DNA from: an uncultured Gemmatimonadota bacterium | GTDB taxonomy: Bacteria > JAAXHH01 | Assembly (NCBI GenBank): GCA_951812955.1 | Contig: OX638340.1 | Span: 832,001 to 896,000, forward strand | DNA: 64,000 bases | Direction: 5' to 3' | Part shown: piece by piece, positions 48,510-58,125 of the stretch | Layout of the letters: every line of letters begins with the position of its first letter | Position numbering within the stretch: position 1 is the stretch's first letter | The notes under the pieces: generated by a model | What the model saw: only the letters and a program-made list of their open reading frames with translations | Database searches by the model: none | What the model was told of the DNA's origin: nothing | Translations under genes and position numbers: made by a program

Positions 48510-49271
48510 ATGTCCTCACTGACCTTCTCGCCCCGCGTACCCGTCATCGACGCGAATGTATGCGTGGGCAATCACCATACCGGACCATCGCCCTGCCAAA
48601 GTCCCGCGCATCTACTCGGCGAAATGGATTTTCACGGCGTCCGGCGCGCCGTGATCTATCACGCCCAGGGAGAACAGATAAGTCCGACCGACGGCAACAT
48701 GCACCTGGAGGACTGGCTCGACGCGGATGAAAGGCTCATCCCTCAATGGTCGGTCGCCCCGGTGGAAACATCCATGCGGCAGATCGCCGAACTACACCGA
48801 CGGGGCCGGGTGAAATCCGCCCGCCTGCACGATTGCCAATCCGCCGGCCTTCCGTTTCTCCCATGGGGTTACGACGACCTGCTGTCCTTACTCTCGAGCG
48901 AGAGGATTCCGCTCTGGATCCCGTTGATGGACGTGGAAGCGGATCACCTGGTCACGACGCTGAAGGCTTATCCGGACCTGTGCACGGTGCTCATCGGTGC
49001 GCATTACACCCACGCGCTGGTCGTACGGGGGCTGCTGGAAGCAAATTCCAATACCATGCTGGAACTCAGCCGCTACGAACCCATCGGAGAAGTGGAGGCG
49101 CTCGTGGATCGTTTCGGTGCGGATCGATTCGTATACGGGTCCTGGTATCCAAGGTACGCCATGGGTCCAATCCTGTTCTATCTGCATCACACGCGCATCA
49201 GCGAGGATGATCTCGCCCGGATCTGCGCCGGAAACGTCGAGCGGCTGCTCGGACTCACGGAGGGGTCATGA
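48510..49271 (+). CDS. Amidohydrolase-2-like metal-dependent hydrolase (TIM barrel)
   Basis: VIDANVCVGNHH... is an HxH-like N-terminal motif. The start is ambiguous (48465 or 48510) because of a 45-bp tandem repeat upstream. Confidence 0.5.
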   Translation: MSSLTFSPRVPVIDANVCVGNHHTGPSPCQSPAHLLGEMDFHGVRRAVIYHAQGEQISPTDGNMHLEDWLDADERLIPQWSVAPVETSMRQIAELHRRGRVKSARLHDCQSAGLPFLPWGYDDLLSLLSSERIPLWIPLMDVEADHLVTTLKAYPDLCTVLIGAHYTHALVVRGLLEANSNTMLELSRYEPIGEVEALVDRFGADRFVYGSWYPRYAMGPILFYLHHTRISEDDLARICAGNVERLLGLTEGS

Positions 49272-50017
49272 TAGACGGCACGAGGGTGATCGATTACCAC
49301 GGGCACGTGGGCAGATGGGAACGTTACGGCATGGTGGACGACCCGGAACTCATCCTGGGTGCCATGGATGCCGTCGGAATCGATATTGCGTGCCTGTTCC
49401 ACATATTCCATCCGGACGGCACGACGGGCAACGATCTGACCGCGCAATTCGTCGCCCGGAACCCGGACCGCTTCGTGGGCTTCGCATACGTTTCCCCTAC
49501 CATGCCCGACCGCATGGTGCCCGAACTGGAAAGGGCGATCGACAAGCTCGGGTTTCCGGCCATCAAGCTCTACCCGCCCTATACGCCCTGGCCCTTCAAC
49601 GAGGAACCATGGCATCCGATCTATGAATTCGCCCAGGACCGGGGCCTGGCCATCATCTTCCATACAGACCATTTCATCAACAGCCGTCCCCGTTACTTTG
49701 AAGACCTCGCGCCGGCCTACCCACGGGTGAATTTCGTTTCCGCGCACTGCGGCAACGTGCCTGAAGCACGCGCGGAAGCCATCGCCGCCGCGCAGAAATT
49801 CCCGAATGTCTACCTGGAGACCTGTTCGACCTACCGGACGCCCGGCGTGATCGAAGAACTGGTGGAAAAGGGCGGAGCCGACCGCGTGCTGTACGGATCG
49901 GACATGCCCCTGATGGATCCAAGGCCGCAGATCGGAAAGATCATCACTGCCCGGATCTCAAACGAGGCGAAACGCATGGCGCTGGGTGAGAACGCGGCCC
50001 GGCTGCTGGGCATATAG
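49268..50017 (+). CDS. Amidohydrolase-2 family protein
   Basis: VIDYHGHVG (HxH metal site) and a PF04909-like TIM-barrel layout. Start overlaps the previous stop. Confidence 0.7.
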   Translation: MIDGTRVIDYHGHVGRWERYGMVDDPELILGAMDAVGIDIACLFHIFHPDGTTGNDLTAQFVARNPDRFVGFAYVSPTMPDRMVPELERAIDKLGFPAIKLYPPYTPWPFNEEPWHPIYEFAQDRGLAIIFHTDHFINSRPRYFEDLAPAYPRVNFVSAHCGNVPEARAEAIAAAQKFPNVYLETCSTYRTPGVIEELVEKGGADRVLYGSDMPLMDPRPQIGKIITARISNEAKRMALGENAARLLGI

Positions 50018-50072
50018 GACATCTGACGTATCCTTCTGATTCTGATCGACCACCCTCGACCTGGAGGTTTGC

Positions 50073-51065
50073 GTGATTCTCGGCCAAGCTGAACTGCACA
50101 ACGTACACGAATTGCTGGACGATCCCGGAGGACAGGGCAGCATCTGTTGCCGCGTACCGAATGACCTGCGCGTGACTTTAAACGAATCGGCGAAAAACAA
50201 CGCGCTGCAGGCAACGGGGTGCGAAATCCGATTCAACCTGGAGGGGTCACGGGCGGTCATCACGCTCCAAAGCCCCGAAGGTCCGACACTTGCGGAAGTA
50301 TACCAGGGCGATTTCTTCAGCGCCCTGCACATCGTCGACGCAACGCCGACGCGGATTGTCGTGGAACGTCCGGAGTCCGAGCCGGATATGCGCAAGGTAA
50401 CTCCGTCCAACGCGCGCTTCGACACCGGCCTTACCCGCGTAGTCCTGCCGTGGCGTCCCGCCGTCCGGCTGATCTCCATCGAGGGCGAGACATCGCTACC
50501 GGGACCTGAGCAGTCGCCGGACACCCGCTACCTCGCCTACGGTTCGTCGATCACCCACGGCAGCACGGCCGTGCGGCCCACGGGCACGTACCCCGCCCGC
50601 ACCGCCGAACTGCTCGGCACCGACCTGTTCAACCTGGGCTTCGGCGGAGGCGCCCACATGGAAGCGGGCATGGCGGATTACATCGCCGGGCGAGAGGATT
50701 GGCACGTCGCGACGCTCGAGATGGGCATCAACGTAGTCCAGTCCTTCGAAGTGGACGAGTTTCATCGGCGCGTGGAGTACTTCGTAACGACAATTGCTGA
50801 CGCCCATCCCGATGACTGGATCTTCTGCATTGACATCTTCCCGTGCCGATATGATTTTACGGGCGTCGAAAAGTGCGAGACTTTCCGGTCCATCGTGGCG
50901 GAGCGGGTCCGGCAACTGGACCGGCCGAAGCTGGTGCACGTTCCGGGAGATGCCATGCTTCGGTCAATCAACGGTCTTACGGTGGATCTCGTGCACCCGG
51001 CCCCCGGTGGGTTCGAAGAGATGGCGCGGAACCTGTCGGATATCATCAGTACACATCGAAAATAG
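50073..51065 (+). CDS. SGNH/GDSL-family hydrolase with an N-terminal accessory domain
   Basis: Block I YLAYGSSITHG and a C-terminal DxxH region (DLVHPAPGG). GTG start preceded by GGAGG. Confidence 0.65.
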   Translation: MILGQAELHNVHELLDDPGGQGSICCRVPNDLRVTLNESAKNNALQATGCEIRFNLEGSRAVITLQSPEGPTLAEVYQGDFFSALHIVDATPTRIVVERPESEPDMRKVTPSNARFDTGLTRVVLPWRPAVRLISIEGETSLPGPEQSPDTRYLAYGSSITHGSTAVRPTGTYPARTAELLGTDLFNLGFGGGAHMEAGMADYIAGREDWHVATLEMGINVVQSFEVDEFHRRVEYFVTTIADAHPDDWIFCIDIFPCRYDFTGVEKCETFRSIVAERVRQLDRPKLVHVPGDAMLRSINGLTVDLVHPAPGGFEEMARNLSDIISTHRK

Positions 51066-51127
51066 ACGGTATCAGCACGTAACCGGCAAAGATCCTTTCA
51101 TCATCCAGCATACCAAAGGGGAAACAA

Positions 51128-52159
51128 ATGGAAACCATCCGGGTAGGCGTGGTCGGCGCAGGCACCAATACCGTGGCCATGCATATACCGAAACTCCAGG
51201 CGATCGAAGGGGTGGAGATCGTCAGCGTCTGCAACCGCAGTCGCGCATCCTCGGAACGCGTGGCCGCGCAGTTCGGCATACCGACCGTCTACGAGACGTG
51301 GACCGAACTGATCGAGGCCGACGATACCGATGCCATTGTCGTCGGCACCTGGCCCTACCTCCACTGCGCCACCACCTTGGCGGCCCTGGCAAACGGCAAG
51401 CACATCCTGACCGAGGCGCGCATGGCCATGAATCTCGAAGAGGCCCAGCTCATGCACGACGCCGCGCAGAGCAACCCGGATCTCGTCGCCCAGATCGTGC
51501 CTTCCCCCATGACGCTCTGGGCCGACAAGACCATCCAGCGCCTGATCGCGGAAGGCTACGTGGGCGACATACTCAGCGTGGAACTCCGCTCCTCCGGCAG
51601 CGACTTCATCGACCGCGACGGCCCCATGCACTGGCGGCAGAACGTCGATTTCAGCGGAATGAACATCATGACCATGGGCATCTGGTACGAGGCCATGCGA
51701 CGCTGGGTAGGGGATCCGCTGTCGGTGTATGCCCAGGGCAAGACCTTCACGAAAATGCGCCGTGATGCCGAAACGGGCGTAATGCGCGCCGTTAAGGTGC
51801 CGGAGCATATAGACATCGTGATGGACTTGATTTGCGGCGCGTCGGCCTATGTCAAGATTTCAACGGTCCAGGGACTCGCCGACGAAAGCGACGCCACGAT
51901 CTATGGCAGCGAAGGAACGATCCGCATGGGCGACGGGAAAATCTACGGGGCGCAACGTGGAGACGACGCCCTGGCCGAGATTGAAATACGTCCCGAAGAC
52001 CACGCGGAATGGCGTGTGGAAGAGGAATTCGTCAATGCCATCCGCGGCCTCGAAAAGGTTTCCCACACGCCTTTCGACGTAGGCGTCAAGTACATGGAAT
52101 TCACCGAGGCAGTGACCCGCAGCATGGCGGAAGGCAAGGCCATAGCCCTGCCGCTCTAG
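51128..52159 (+). CDS. Gfo/Idh/MocA-family oxidoreductase
   Basis: IRVGVVGAGTNTVAMHIPKL... Rossmann N-terminus. Confidence 0.85.
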   Translation: METIRVGVVGAGTNTVAMHIPKLQAIEGVEIVSVCNRSRASSERVAAQFGIPTVYETWTELIEADDTDAIVVGTWPYLHCATTLAALANGKHILTEARMAMNLEEAQLMHDAAQSNPDLVAQIVPSPMTLWADKTIQRLIAEGYVGDILSVELRSSGSDFIDRDGPMHWRQNVDFSGMNIMTMGIWYEAMRRWVGDPLSVYAQGKTFTKMRRDAETGVMRAVKVPEHIDIVMDLICGASAYVKISTVQGLADESDATIYGSEGTIRMGDGKIYGAQRGDDALAEIEIRPEDHAEWRVEEEFVNAIRGLEKVSHTPFDVGVKYMEFTEAVTRSMAEGKAIALPL

Positions 52160-52244
52160 GCGGTAAATGACCAGGAGCCGGGAAACTGCACGCGGAAGTT
52201 TTGTTTTTAACTGAATTGCGGCTTACTTGACCGGGCAAGCGGGG

Positions 52245-52826
52245 TTACGGTGAAGTGACGCGGTCTGCGTAGGCCAGGACCGCGTCGATCATGTCCTGCG
52301 AGGCCGATTCGTTCACGACGGTGAAATCCGCCATGGCGATGGGACCGCCCTTCTCGATGTTTTCGATCTCGGCGTGGTCCCGCATCCGCGCCTCGTTCGC
52401 CGTGAGAGGCCGCATGCGGAAATGGGGGTCGGTCCGTGCGTCGTGCACGCGGTTTTCGAGGCGGGCGTAACGGATCTTCGGCGCGGAGGCGACGGCCACC
52501 ACGTGGACCCGGTCGCCGTAGGCTTCTTTCAGGATCTTGTGCTCCGACCAGGAATAGAGTCCGTCGATCACCACGTGGCCTTGTTTCAGGCCTTCTTCGA
52601 TGGCGGGCAGCGAAAGCGTCGCGAATGCGCCCATCCCGTGGTCGCGTCGCAAGCGTTCCCGCATCTCCTTTTCGTTCTCCGGATTCACTTCACGGCCTTC
52701 TTCCCTGAGCCGGTCTATCGTCACCTGGCCGAAACGGATATGGCGCCAGCCCCGGTCTACCAGGCATTCGGCGGCCGTCGACTTGCCCGATCCGGTCATG
52801 CCTACAATGGCGACGATGAAGTGCAT
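52245..52826 (-). CDS. P-loop nucleotide kinase, dephospho-CoA-kinase/UPF0200-like
   Basis: Walker A IVAIVGMTGSGKST at the N-terminus and a size of about 194 aa. Start taken at MHFIVAIVG. Confidence 0.5.
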   Translation of the reverse strand: MHFIVAIVGMTGSGKSTAAECLVDRGWRHIRFGQVTIDRLREEGREVNPENEKEMRERLRRDHGMGAFATLSLPAIEEGLKQGHVVIDGLYSWSEHKILKEAYGDRVHVVAVASAPKIRYARLENRVHDARTDPHFRMRPLTANEARMRDHAEIENIEKGGPIAMADFTVVNESASQDMIDAVLAYADRVTSP

Positions 52827-53064
52827 TTCGAGTCCGGCCGTTTTCAGTGAAGGAGTCGGAAGCCGAGGAGTCCCGGGGATCGATCTTCCTCCCCGGTCCA
52901 TGTCAAAACCGGGCTGAATATACAGTTTTCTCGAGGTCCTGTCAAAGTGGATGTGCACGGGGTATATTGTCCTTGACGATGTACTCGCGGCCGGTTTGTA
53001 TTAAGACGCTTCTCTTCTTCTAATACACCGAAATTCCAGTGCATGGTGGCAACGGAGGAACAGC

Positions 53065-54465
53065 ATGGCTGAACAAGTACCGGAGCGCGTCGGAAGTCGA
53101 TTCCAGCTCGAGACCGAACTGTCTCGGGATCTCGGTCTGGTAGCGGCCACGACGATCATCGTCGGCGGCATCATCGGATCTGGTATATTCGGCGCGCCTG
53201 CGGGCATCGCGGCCGTGCTGGGATCACCGTCGCTGTTCCTCCTCGTCTGGGTGATCGGCGGCCTGCTCTGCTTCTCAGGCGCCCTGTGTTTCGCCGAACT
53301 GGGCGCAATGATGCCCCGCACGGGCGGGATCATCGTGTACCTGCGCGAGTCCTACCCGCCTTTCGTACCCTTCCTTTATGGTTGGACGGAGACCGCCGTG
53401 ATCTGTCCCGGCGCCCTGGCCGCCGTCTCCATGATCTGCACTTCGTACGTCGGTTACTTCATCCCGGAAATCTCGCTCGAGAACGTCCTTATTCAGGCCG
53501 GACCGCTCATGGTCTCGACGCAGCACCTGGCCATTTTCGCCGTCCTGGGGCTGCTGTGCGCCATAAACTGTGTAGGCGTGCGTTTCGGCGGCATCATTTC
53601 CAACCTTTCCACCTTCGCCAAGGTCGCGGCACTACTCGCACTGGTGTGCCTGGCCATGATTGTCGGTGGATCCGCGGAGAATTTCTCTACGCCGTCGGCC
53701 ACAGGCAGGGAAATGAGCCTCTTCGGCGCGCTGGGTACGGCCATGGTCGGCATCCTGTTCTCGTATAACGGCTGGTACAATACCAACAACGTCGCGGGCG
53801 AGGTGAAGGATCCGCGTCGGGTACTTCCACTGGCCATCATCATCGGCCTGAGCCTGTGCATGCTGGTCTACCTGGCGGTCAACTGGGCGTACCTTTACGT
53901 CATGAATATCGACGAAATCGCCCTGTCGAACCAGATTGCGGCCGAGGTTGCGGAAAGGCTGATCGGTCCGGTGGGCGGGTCGCTTACCTCGCTTGCGGTC
54001 ATCGTGGCCACCTTCGGAACGCTCAATGCCAACATCATCTACATGCCGCGTATCGCCTATGGCATGGCTCGCGAGCGCCTGTTCTTCAGCTGGTTCACCC
54101 GCGTCCATCCCAGGTTCCGCACGCCTTCGAGATCGATAACGACTTTGACCGTCCTTGGAATGGTCTGGAGCCTCGTCGGGAACTTCATGGAAATCGTCCT
54201 GGCCGTGATGTACGTGCTGTTCGTTTTCTACGTGCTGACCGTAATCGCCGTGTTCATCCTGCGCCGCAAGTATCCCGACGAGCCCCGGCCTTTCAAGGTG
54301 TGGGGCTATCCCGTCACGCCGCTGTTCTTTATCGTCGTATCCCTCGGATACATCGCATCGACGGTTCTTTTCAGTTTCAGCGAAGCGCTTCCGGGGATCA
54401 TCGTACTGCTCCTCGGAGTGCCTGTTTACCTGCTCTGGTTCCGCAGGCAGGTGATTCATGAATAG
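53065..54465 (+). CDS. APC-superfamily amino-acid permease
   Basis: Twelve TM segments with the N-terminal GSGIFGAP motif typical of APC transporters. Confidence 0.8.
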   Translation: MAEQVPERVGSRFQLETELSRDLGLVAATTIIVGGIIGSGIFGAPAGIAAVLGSPSLFLLVWVIGGLLCFSGALCFAELGAMMPRTGGIIVYLRESYPPFVPFLYGWTETAVICPGALAAVSMICTSYVGYFIPEISLENVLIQAGPLMVSTQHLAIFAVLGLLCAINCVGVRFGGIISNLSTFAKVAALLALVCLAMIVGGSAENFSTPSATGREMSLFGALGTAMVGILFSYNGWYNTNNVAGEVKDPRRVLPLAIIIGLSLCMLVYLAVNWAYLYVMNIDEIALSNQIAAEVAERLIGPVGGSLTSLAVIVATFGTLNANIIYMPRIAYGMARERLFFSWFTRVHPRFRTPSRSITTLTVLGMVWSLVGNFMEIVLAVMYVLFVFYVLTVIAVFILRRKYPDEPRPFKVWGYPVTPLFFIVVSLGYIASTVLFSFSEALPGIIVLLLGVPVYLLWFRRQVIHE

Positions 54466-54495
54466 CCATCAGATTCAGGAGTAGAGGAGTTTCAG

Positions 54496-56073
54496 ATGCC
54501 CAGTATGAACGGCGGCGAAGCACTGGTCAGGTCGCTGCATTCACATGGCGTGGAAGTCGTTTTCGGCCTTCCGGGCGCCGGTCAGTATGAAGCCATCGAC
54601 GCGATCTACAGGCAGGAAGGCATGCGGTACATCACGACACGCAACGAACAGGCGATCAGCTACATGGCCGACGGATACGCGCGCGTGAGCGGCAAGCCGG
54701 GCGTGGGTATCGCGGTTGAAGGGCCCGGGTTCTTTAACACGACGGCCGGACTGGCCACCGCCTTTGCGCAGTCGTCGCCCGTTCTGCTCATCACGGGAGA
54801 CCATCACGGCGTGTCCGTACCCGGCCGTTCCAGTCACGACAGCCTGGGAGAGTATGGAGCCTATTCGAAATGGGCGGGGCGGGCCGACACCCCGGCGGAC
54901 ATCCCCGGCCTGGTGCGGGAAGCATTCAGGCACCTGAACACGCCGCGTAAGCGCCCGGTCATCCTCGAGATAGGCCCCAATGTATTCCGGGCCGAAGCGG
55001 CGGTGGACTTTCCGGAAGCCGAGACCCATTCACCCGCGGCGGGCGATTCGGGACAATTGGATCGCGCGGCCAGGCTGCTTGCGGAATCGAAACGGCCGCT
55101 GATCTGGGTCGGCGCCGGAGCGTCCGAAGGCGCGCCGCTGGTCAGGAAGATCGCGGAACACCTGGGCAGTCCGGTCGTCAGCAGCCGCAGCGGCAAGGGC
55201 ATCCTTTCGGCGCGGCATCCCCTTTCGCTTGGGATGTTCGAGGCGCGCTTCAAGCCGCTTAAAGACCGCGTGGACGAATGCGACGTGATCCTGGCCGTGG
55301 GCACGGCGACCGACATGAGCGGACGCCTGGGTGCGCAGACGGTGATCCGGATCGATGACGATCCCGACGAAATCGGCCGGGACGGTGCCCATACGCTCGG
55401 TATCCAGGGTGACGCCACGATGAGCATGGAGGTCCTGTACCATAGCCTGTCGGGCCTGTGCGATCCCAGGGCCAACGTCACCGAGGACATCCAGGCGGTC
55501 AATACCCACCGGTTCGGTCCCGGGGAACAGCTCCAGCCCCAGGGCGCTTTCATGGACGCCATGCGGGCGGCCATCCCGGACGACGGGATCCTCGTGGGCG
55601 GGATGAACCAGATGGGGTATTACAGCCGGAATTACTACCACTCCTATTCGCCCCGTGGATACCAGACTTCCTCGCATCACGGCACGCTGGGCAGCGTGTT
55701 TCCCGTGGGCATCGGTCTCAAGATCGGGCGGCCCGACCGCGCGGTCGTCGTAGTTTCCGGCGACGGGGGCATCCTATACAACCTCCAGGAACTCGCCACG
55801 GCCGTGAAATACGGCGTAAACGTCGTGACCATCGTCTTCAACGACAACGCCTACGGCAACGTATGGCGGGCCCAGGTAGAGGAATTCGATGGCCATGTCA
55901 TCGGCACCGAACTCCACAATCCCGATTTCGTCAAACTGGCCGAAGCCTATGGGGCAAGTGGCGTGCTCGCGGAGGACGCCGCGCAGTTGGAAGCGGCAGT
56001 CAGCGAAGCCGTATCGGCGGACACCCCCACGGTGATCGAGGTGCCGGTCGGCCCCTGGGAGAGAAGGTACTAG
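54496..56073 (+). CDS. Thiamine-pyrophosphate-dependent enzyme (acetolactate synthase-like family)
   Basis: N-terminal TPP-pyrimidine domain (GVEVVFGLPGAGQYEAIDAI...) and a C-terminal GDGG...NDNAYG TPP-binding motif. Confidence 0.8.
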   Translation: MPSMNGGEALVRSLHSHGVEVVFGLPGAGQYEAIDAIYRQEGMRYITTRNEQAISYMADGYARVSGKPGVGIAVEGPGFFNTTAGLATAFAQSSPVLLITGDHHGVSVPGRSSHDSLGEYGAYSKWAGRADTPADIPGLVREAFRHLNTPRKRPVILEIGPNVFRAEAAVDFPEAETHSPAAGDSGQLDRAARLLAESKRPLIWVGAGASEGAPLVRKIAEHLGSPVVSSRSGKGILSARHPLSLGMFEARFKPLKDRVDECDVILAVGTATDMSGRLGAQTVIRIDDDPDEIGRDGAHTLGIQGDATMSMEVLYHSLSGLCDPRANVTEDIQAVNTHRFGPGEQLQPQGAFMDAMRAAIPDDGILVGGMNQMGYYSRNYYHSYSPRGYQTSSHHGTLGSVFPVGIGLKIGRPDRAVVVVSGDGGILYNLQELATAVKYGVNVVTIVFNDNAYGNVWRAQVEEFDGHVIGTELHNPDFVKLAEAYGASGVLAEDAAQLEAAVSEAVSADTPTVIEVPVGPWERRY

Positions 56074-56100
56074 CCGGGGCTGCCGTGTACGTCGAGAATT

Positions 56101-56153
56101 GCCGGATCAGGACCGGGAGATCGGGAATAGCCGGATCAGGACCGGGAGATCGG
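56101..56153. repeat. Direct tandem duplication of a 24-bp unit GCCGGATCAGGACCGGGAGATCGG (period 29 bp)
   Basis: Read from the sequence in the convergent intergenic region between the TPP enzyme and the PHP phosphatase. Confidence 0.7.
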
Positions 56154-56259
56154 TGGAAAGCATCTGCCGTACTGCCGGGCGTTGCAATCGGCTGGACGGG
56201 ACGGGGCAGGCGGCCTGATCCCGTTCGCGGGGTTAACTCCGGACAACTCATAGCGCCCC

Positions 56260-57135
56260 TCAGCCGGGACACTTCCAATTCAGGTCGCATCCCGCTTTTT
56301 CCAGGATACGAACGCCTTCATTCCGGAACTGGTCTATGTTGCCTACGCCGTGCGAGTCGTCTCCGGGCACCACGGCGATACCCATTTTCAAGGCCTGCTC
56401 GAGTACCGGTCCGGAAATGTAGGGTTCGGACTGGCCTTTTTTAAGTGCGGCCAGGTTGAAGTCCATGATTGACCCGAGATCCCGGATCGCTTCCAGGTTG
56501 CGTACGACCCGGTCCCACACGAAGGGTTTGACGAGGCGCGTCCTGTAATCGGGGTCGAAGATGCGAACCAGGTCGAAGTGGCCTATAACCTCGGGCGAGA
56601 GTGTCGCGATCACTTCGTACTGCCGGTCGAAATAGGCGCAGTACAACTCGTCCACGCCCCCTGCAACTTCGGCGGCGGCCCGGTACCATTCCGGCGAACC
56701 ATCGAACAACTCGTCGTTGACATGATGGACGGAGCCCACGATGTAGTCGGGCTCGAACTTCTTCCTCGCCTCGGGCACCCAGTGCTCGTACCCGCTGTAC
56801 GCCTCCGTTTCGAAAGCCACCAGGATCCTGATTTCCGAAGCATACTTGTCCCTGAGACTGCGGCAGACCGACATGTAGTCGTTAAACCTCGCCTGTTGAT
56901 CGGCGGCGTTCAACCCGGCGGCAAGCTCATCGGGGTAGCTCTGTTCATCCCGCTCCGGCGGCATGTGTTCGGTAATGCCCACCCAGGTGTATCCATGGGC
57001 TATGTACGCCTGGATAATGGCATCCAGCGAGTCTTCGGCGTGACAGCAGAACTGCCCGCTGTGGCCGCCGTGGACCGAGACGCGTTCAGGAGATGCGTCC
57101 ATGCCCGTCCTTTCTTCGATGTCAAAGTTGATCAA
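56260..57135 (-). CDS. PHP-family histidinol phosphatase (HisJ/HisK type)
   Basis: VSVHGGHSGQFCCHA...GITEHMPP matches the HisJ-family PHP metal-binding motifs. Confidence 0.65.
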   Translation of the reverse strand: MINFDIEERTGMDASPERVSVHGGHSGQFCCHAEDSLDAIIQAYIAHGYTWVGITEHMPPERDEQSYPDELAAGLNAADQQARFNDYMSVCRSLRDKYASEIRILVAFETEAYSGYEHWVPEARKKFEPDYIVGSVHHVNDELFDGSPEWYRAAAEVAGGVDELYCAYFDRQYEVIATLSPEVIGHFDLVRIFDPDYRTRLVKPFVWDRVVRNLEAIRDLGSIMDFNLAALKKGQSEPYISGPVLEQALKMGIAVVPGDDSHGVGNIDQFRNEGVRILEKAGCDLNWKCPG

Positions 57136-57168
57136 TACAGTGGCCGGCAGCCGGGTTGCGTGGGAGAA

Positions 57169-58023
57169 CTATGCGATCCCCGCGGAGGTCCATGCCCGGT
57201 GCATGGCTTCCGAAGTCACCCTCAGGGCATCCTGCGGGGGCAGGGCGTTCACCCGAGCGCTGAAGGGTTCCGCCGTGACCGGTCCATCATACGCCATGTC
57301 GCGCAGCACCCCGAGGAACCGGGATATGTCGAGGACGCCGGTCTCGCCGGGCAGGCACCGTTCGTGGTCGATCTGCTCGTCGATGGGGATCCCGGCCGGC
57401 GCGTCGTTGACATGTACGTTGACCACGTCGTGATTGCCCAGTTTCGCCAGGTCTTCCCAGGTCCCGTGAGACGTATACCAGTGCCACAGGTCCAGCAGAA
57501 GCCCCACATTCGGCCCCAGGTCCCGGCATAGCGCCAACATGCCGTCCATGGTGCATATGAACTCGTGCTTCCTGTTCCTGCGCAGCGTTGCTGGGCCGAT
57601 AAATTCCAGCCCGAACCGGCAATCGTGCTCCCCGAGGATCTCGGCCACGGGTTTCAGCCGTTCGACATGGAAGGCGTAGTTCGAGTCGAAATCCCGTTCA
57701 TCCGAATACGGCATCACCACGGTGGTCGTCCGAAAGGCGCCGATCTCCCTTGCCATGGAGGCGTAAGTCCGTAGCGCGGACAGTTCTTCCGTCCACTTGC
57801 TCCGCGCGCCGTGCCATTCGATCGGCAATCCCCAGTTCCCGGGTCGCTGGCCAGCCCCATCGAAGCGTTCCTTTACCTCCTCGAGCGAGGAACGCCGGAC
57901 CAGTTCGGCCACACCCGGCATGTCCAGATCGACGCCGTCGAAGCCGTACCGCACCGCCATTCCCTGCGTTTCGGAAAGGGAAGCGCGTATGCCAATCATG
58001 GCTGGATTCAGGTTCTTGAACAT
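57169..58023 (-). CDS. Sugar phosphate isomerase/epimerase (xylose isomerase-like TIM barrel)
   Basis: AP-endonuclease-2/xylose-isomerase-like pattern (...VDLDMPG..., LLLDLWHW). Start at MFKNLNP. Confidence 0.7.
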   Translation of the reverse strand: MFKNLNPAMIGIRASLSETQGMAVRYGFDGVDLDMPGVAELVRRSSLEEVKERFDGAGQRPGNWGLPIEWHGARSKWTEELSALRTYASMAREIGAFRTTTVVMPYSDERDFDSNYAFHVERLKPVAEILGEHDCRFGLEFIGPATLRRNRKHEFICTMDGMLALCRDLGPNVGLLLDLWHWYTSHGTWEDLAKLGNHDVVNVHVNDAPAGIPIDEQIDHERCLPGETGVLDISRFLGVLRDMAYDGPVTAEPFSARVNALPPQDALRVTSEAMHRAWTSAGIA

Positions 58024-58125
58024 AAGAAAACCCGCACGAGGCGGGAATGGTAACGGGGTAAAGGGTGTGGTCTGGAGGCGTACTCCCTGTCGCGGTCTCG
58101 CGTTCGAGGCGGCCCGCACCGGGTC

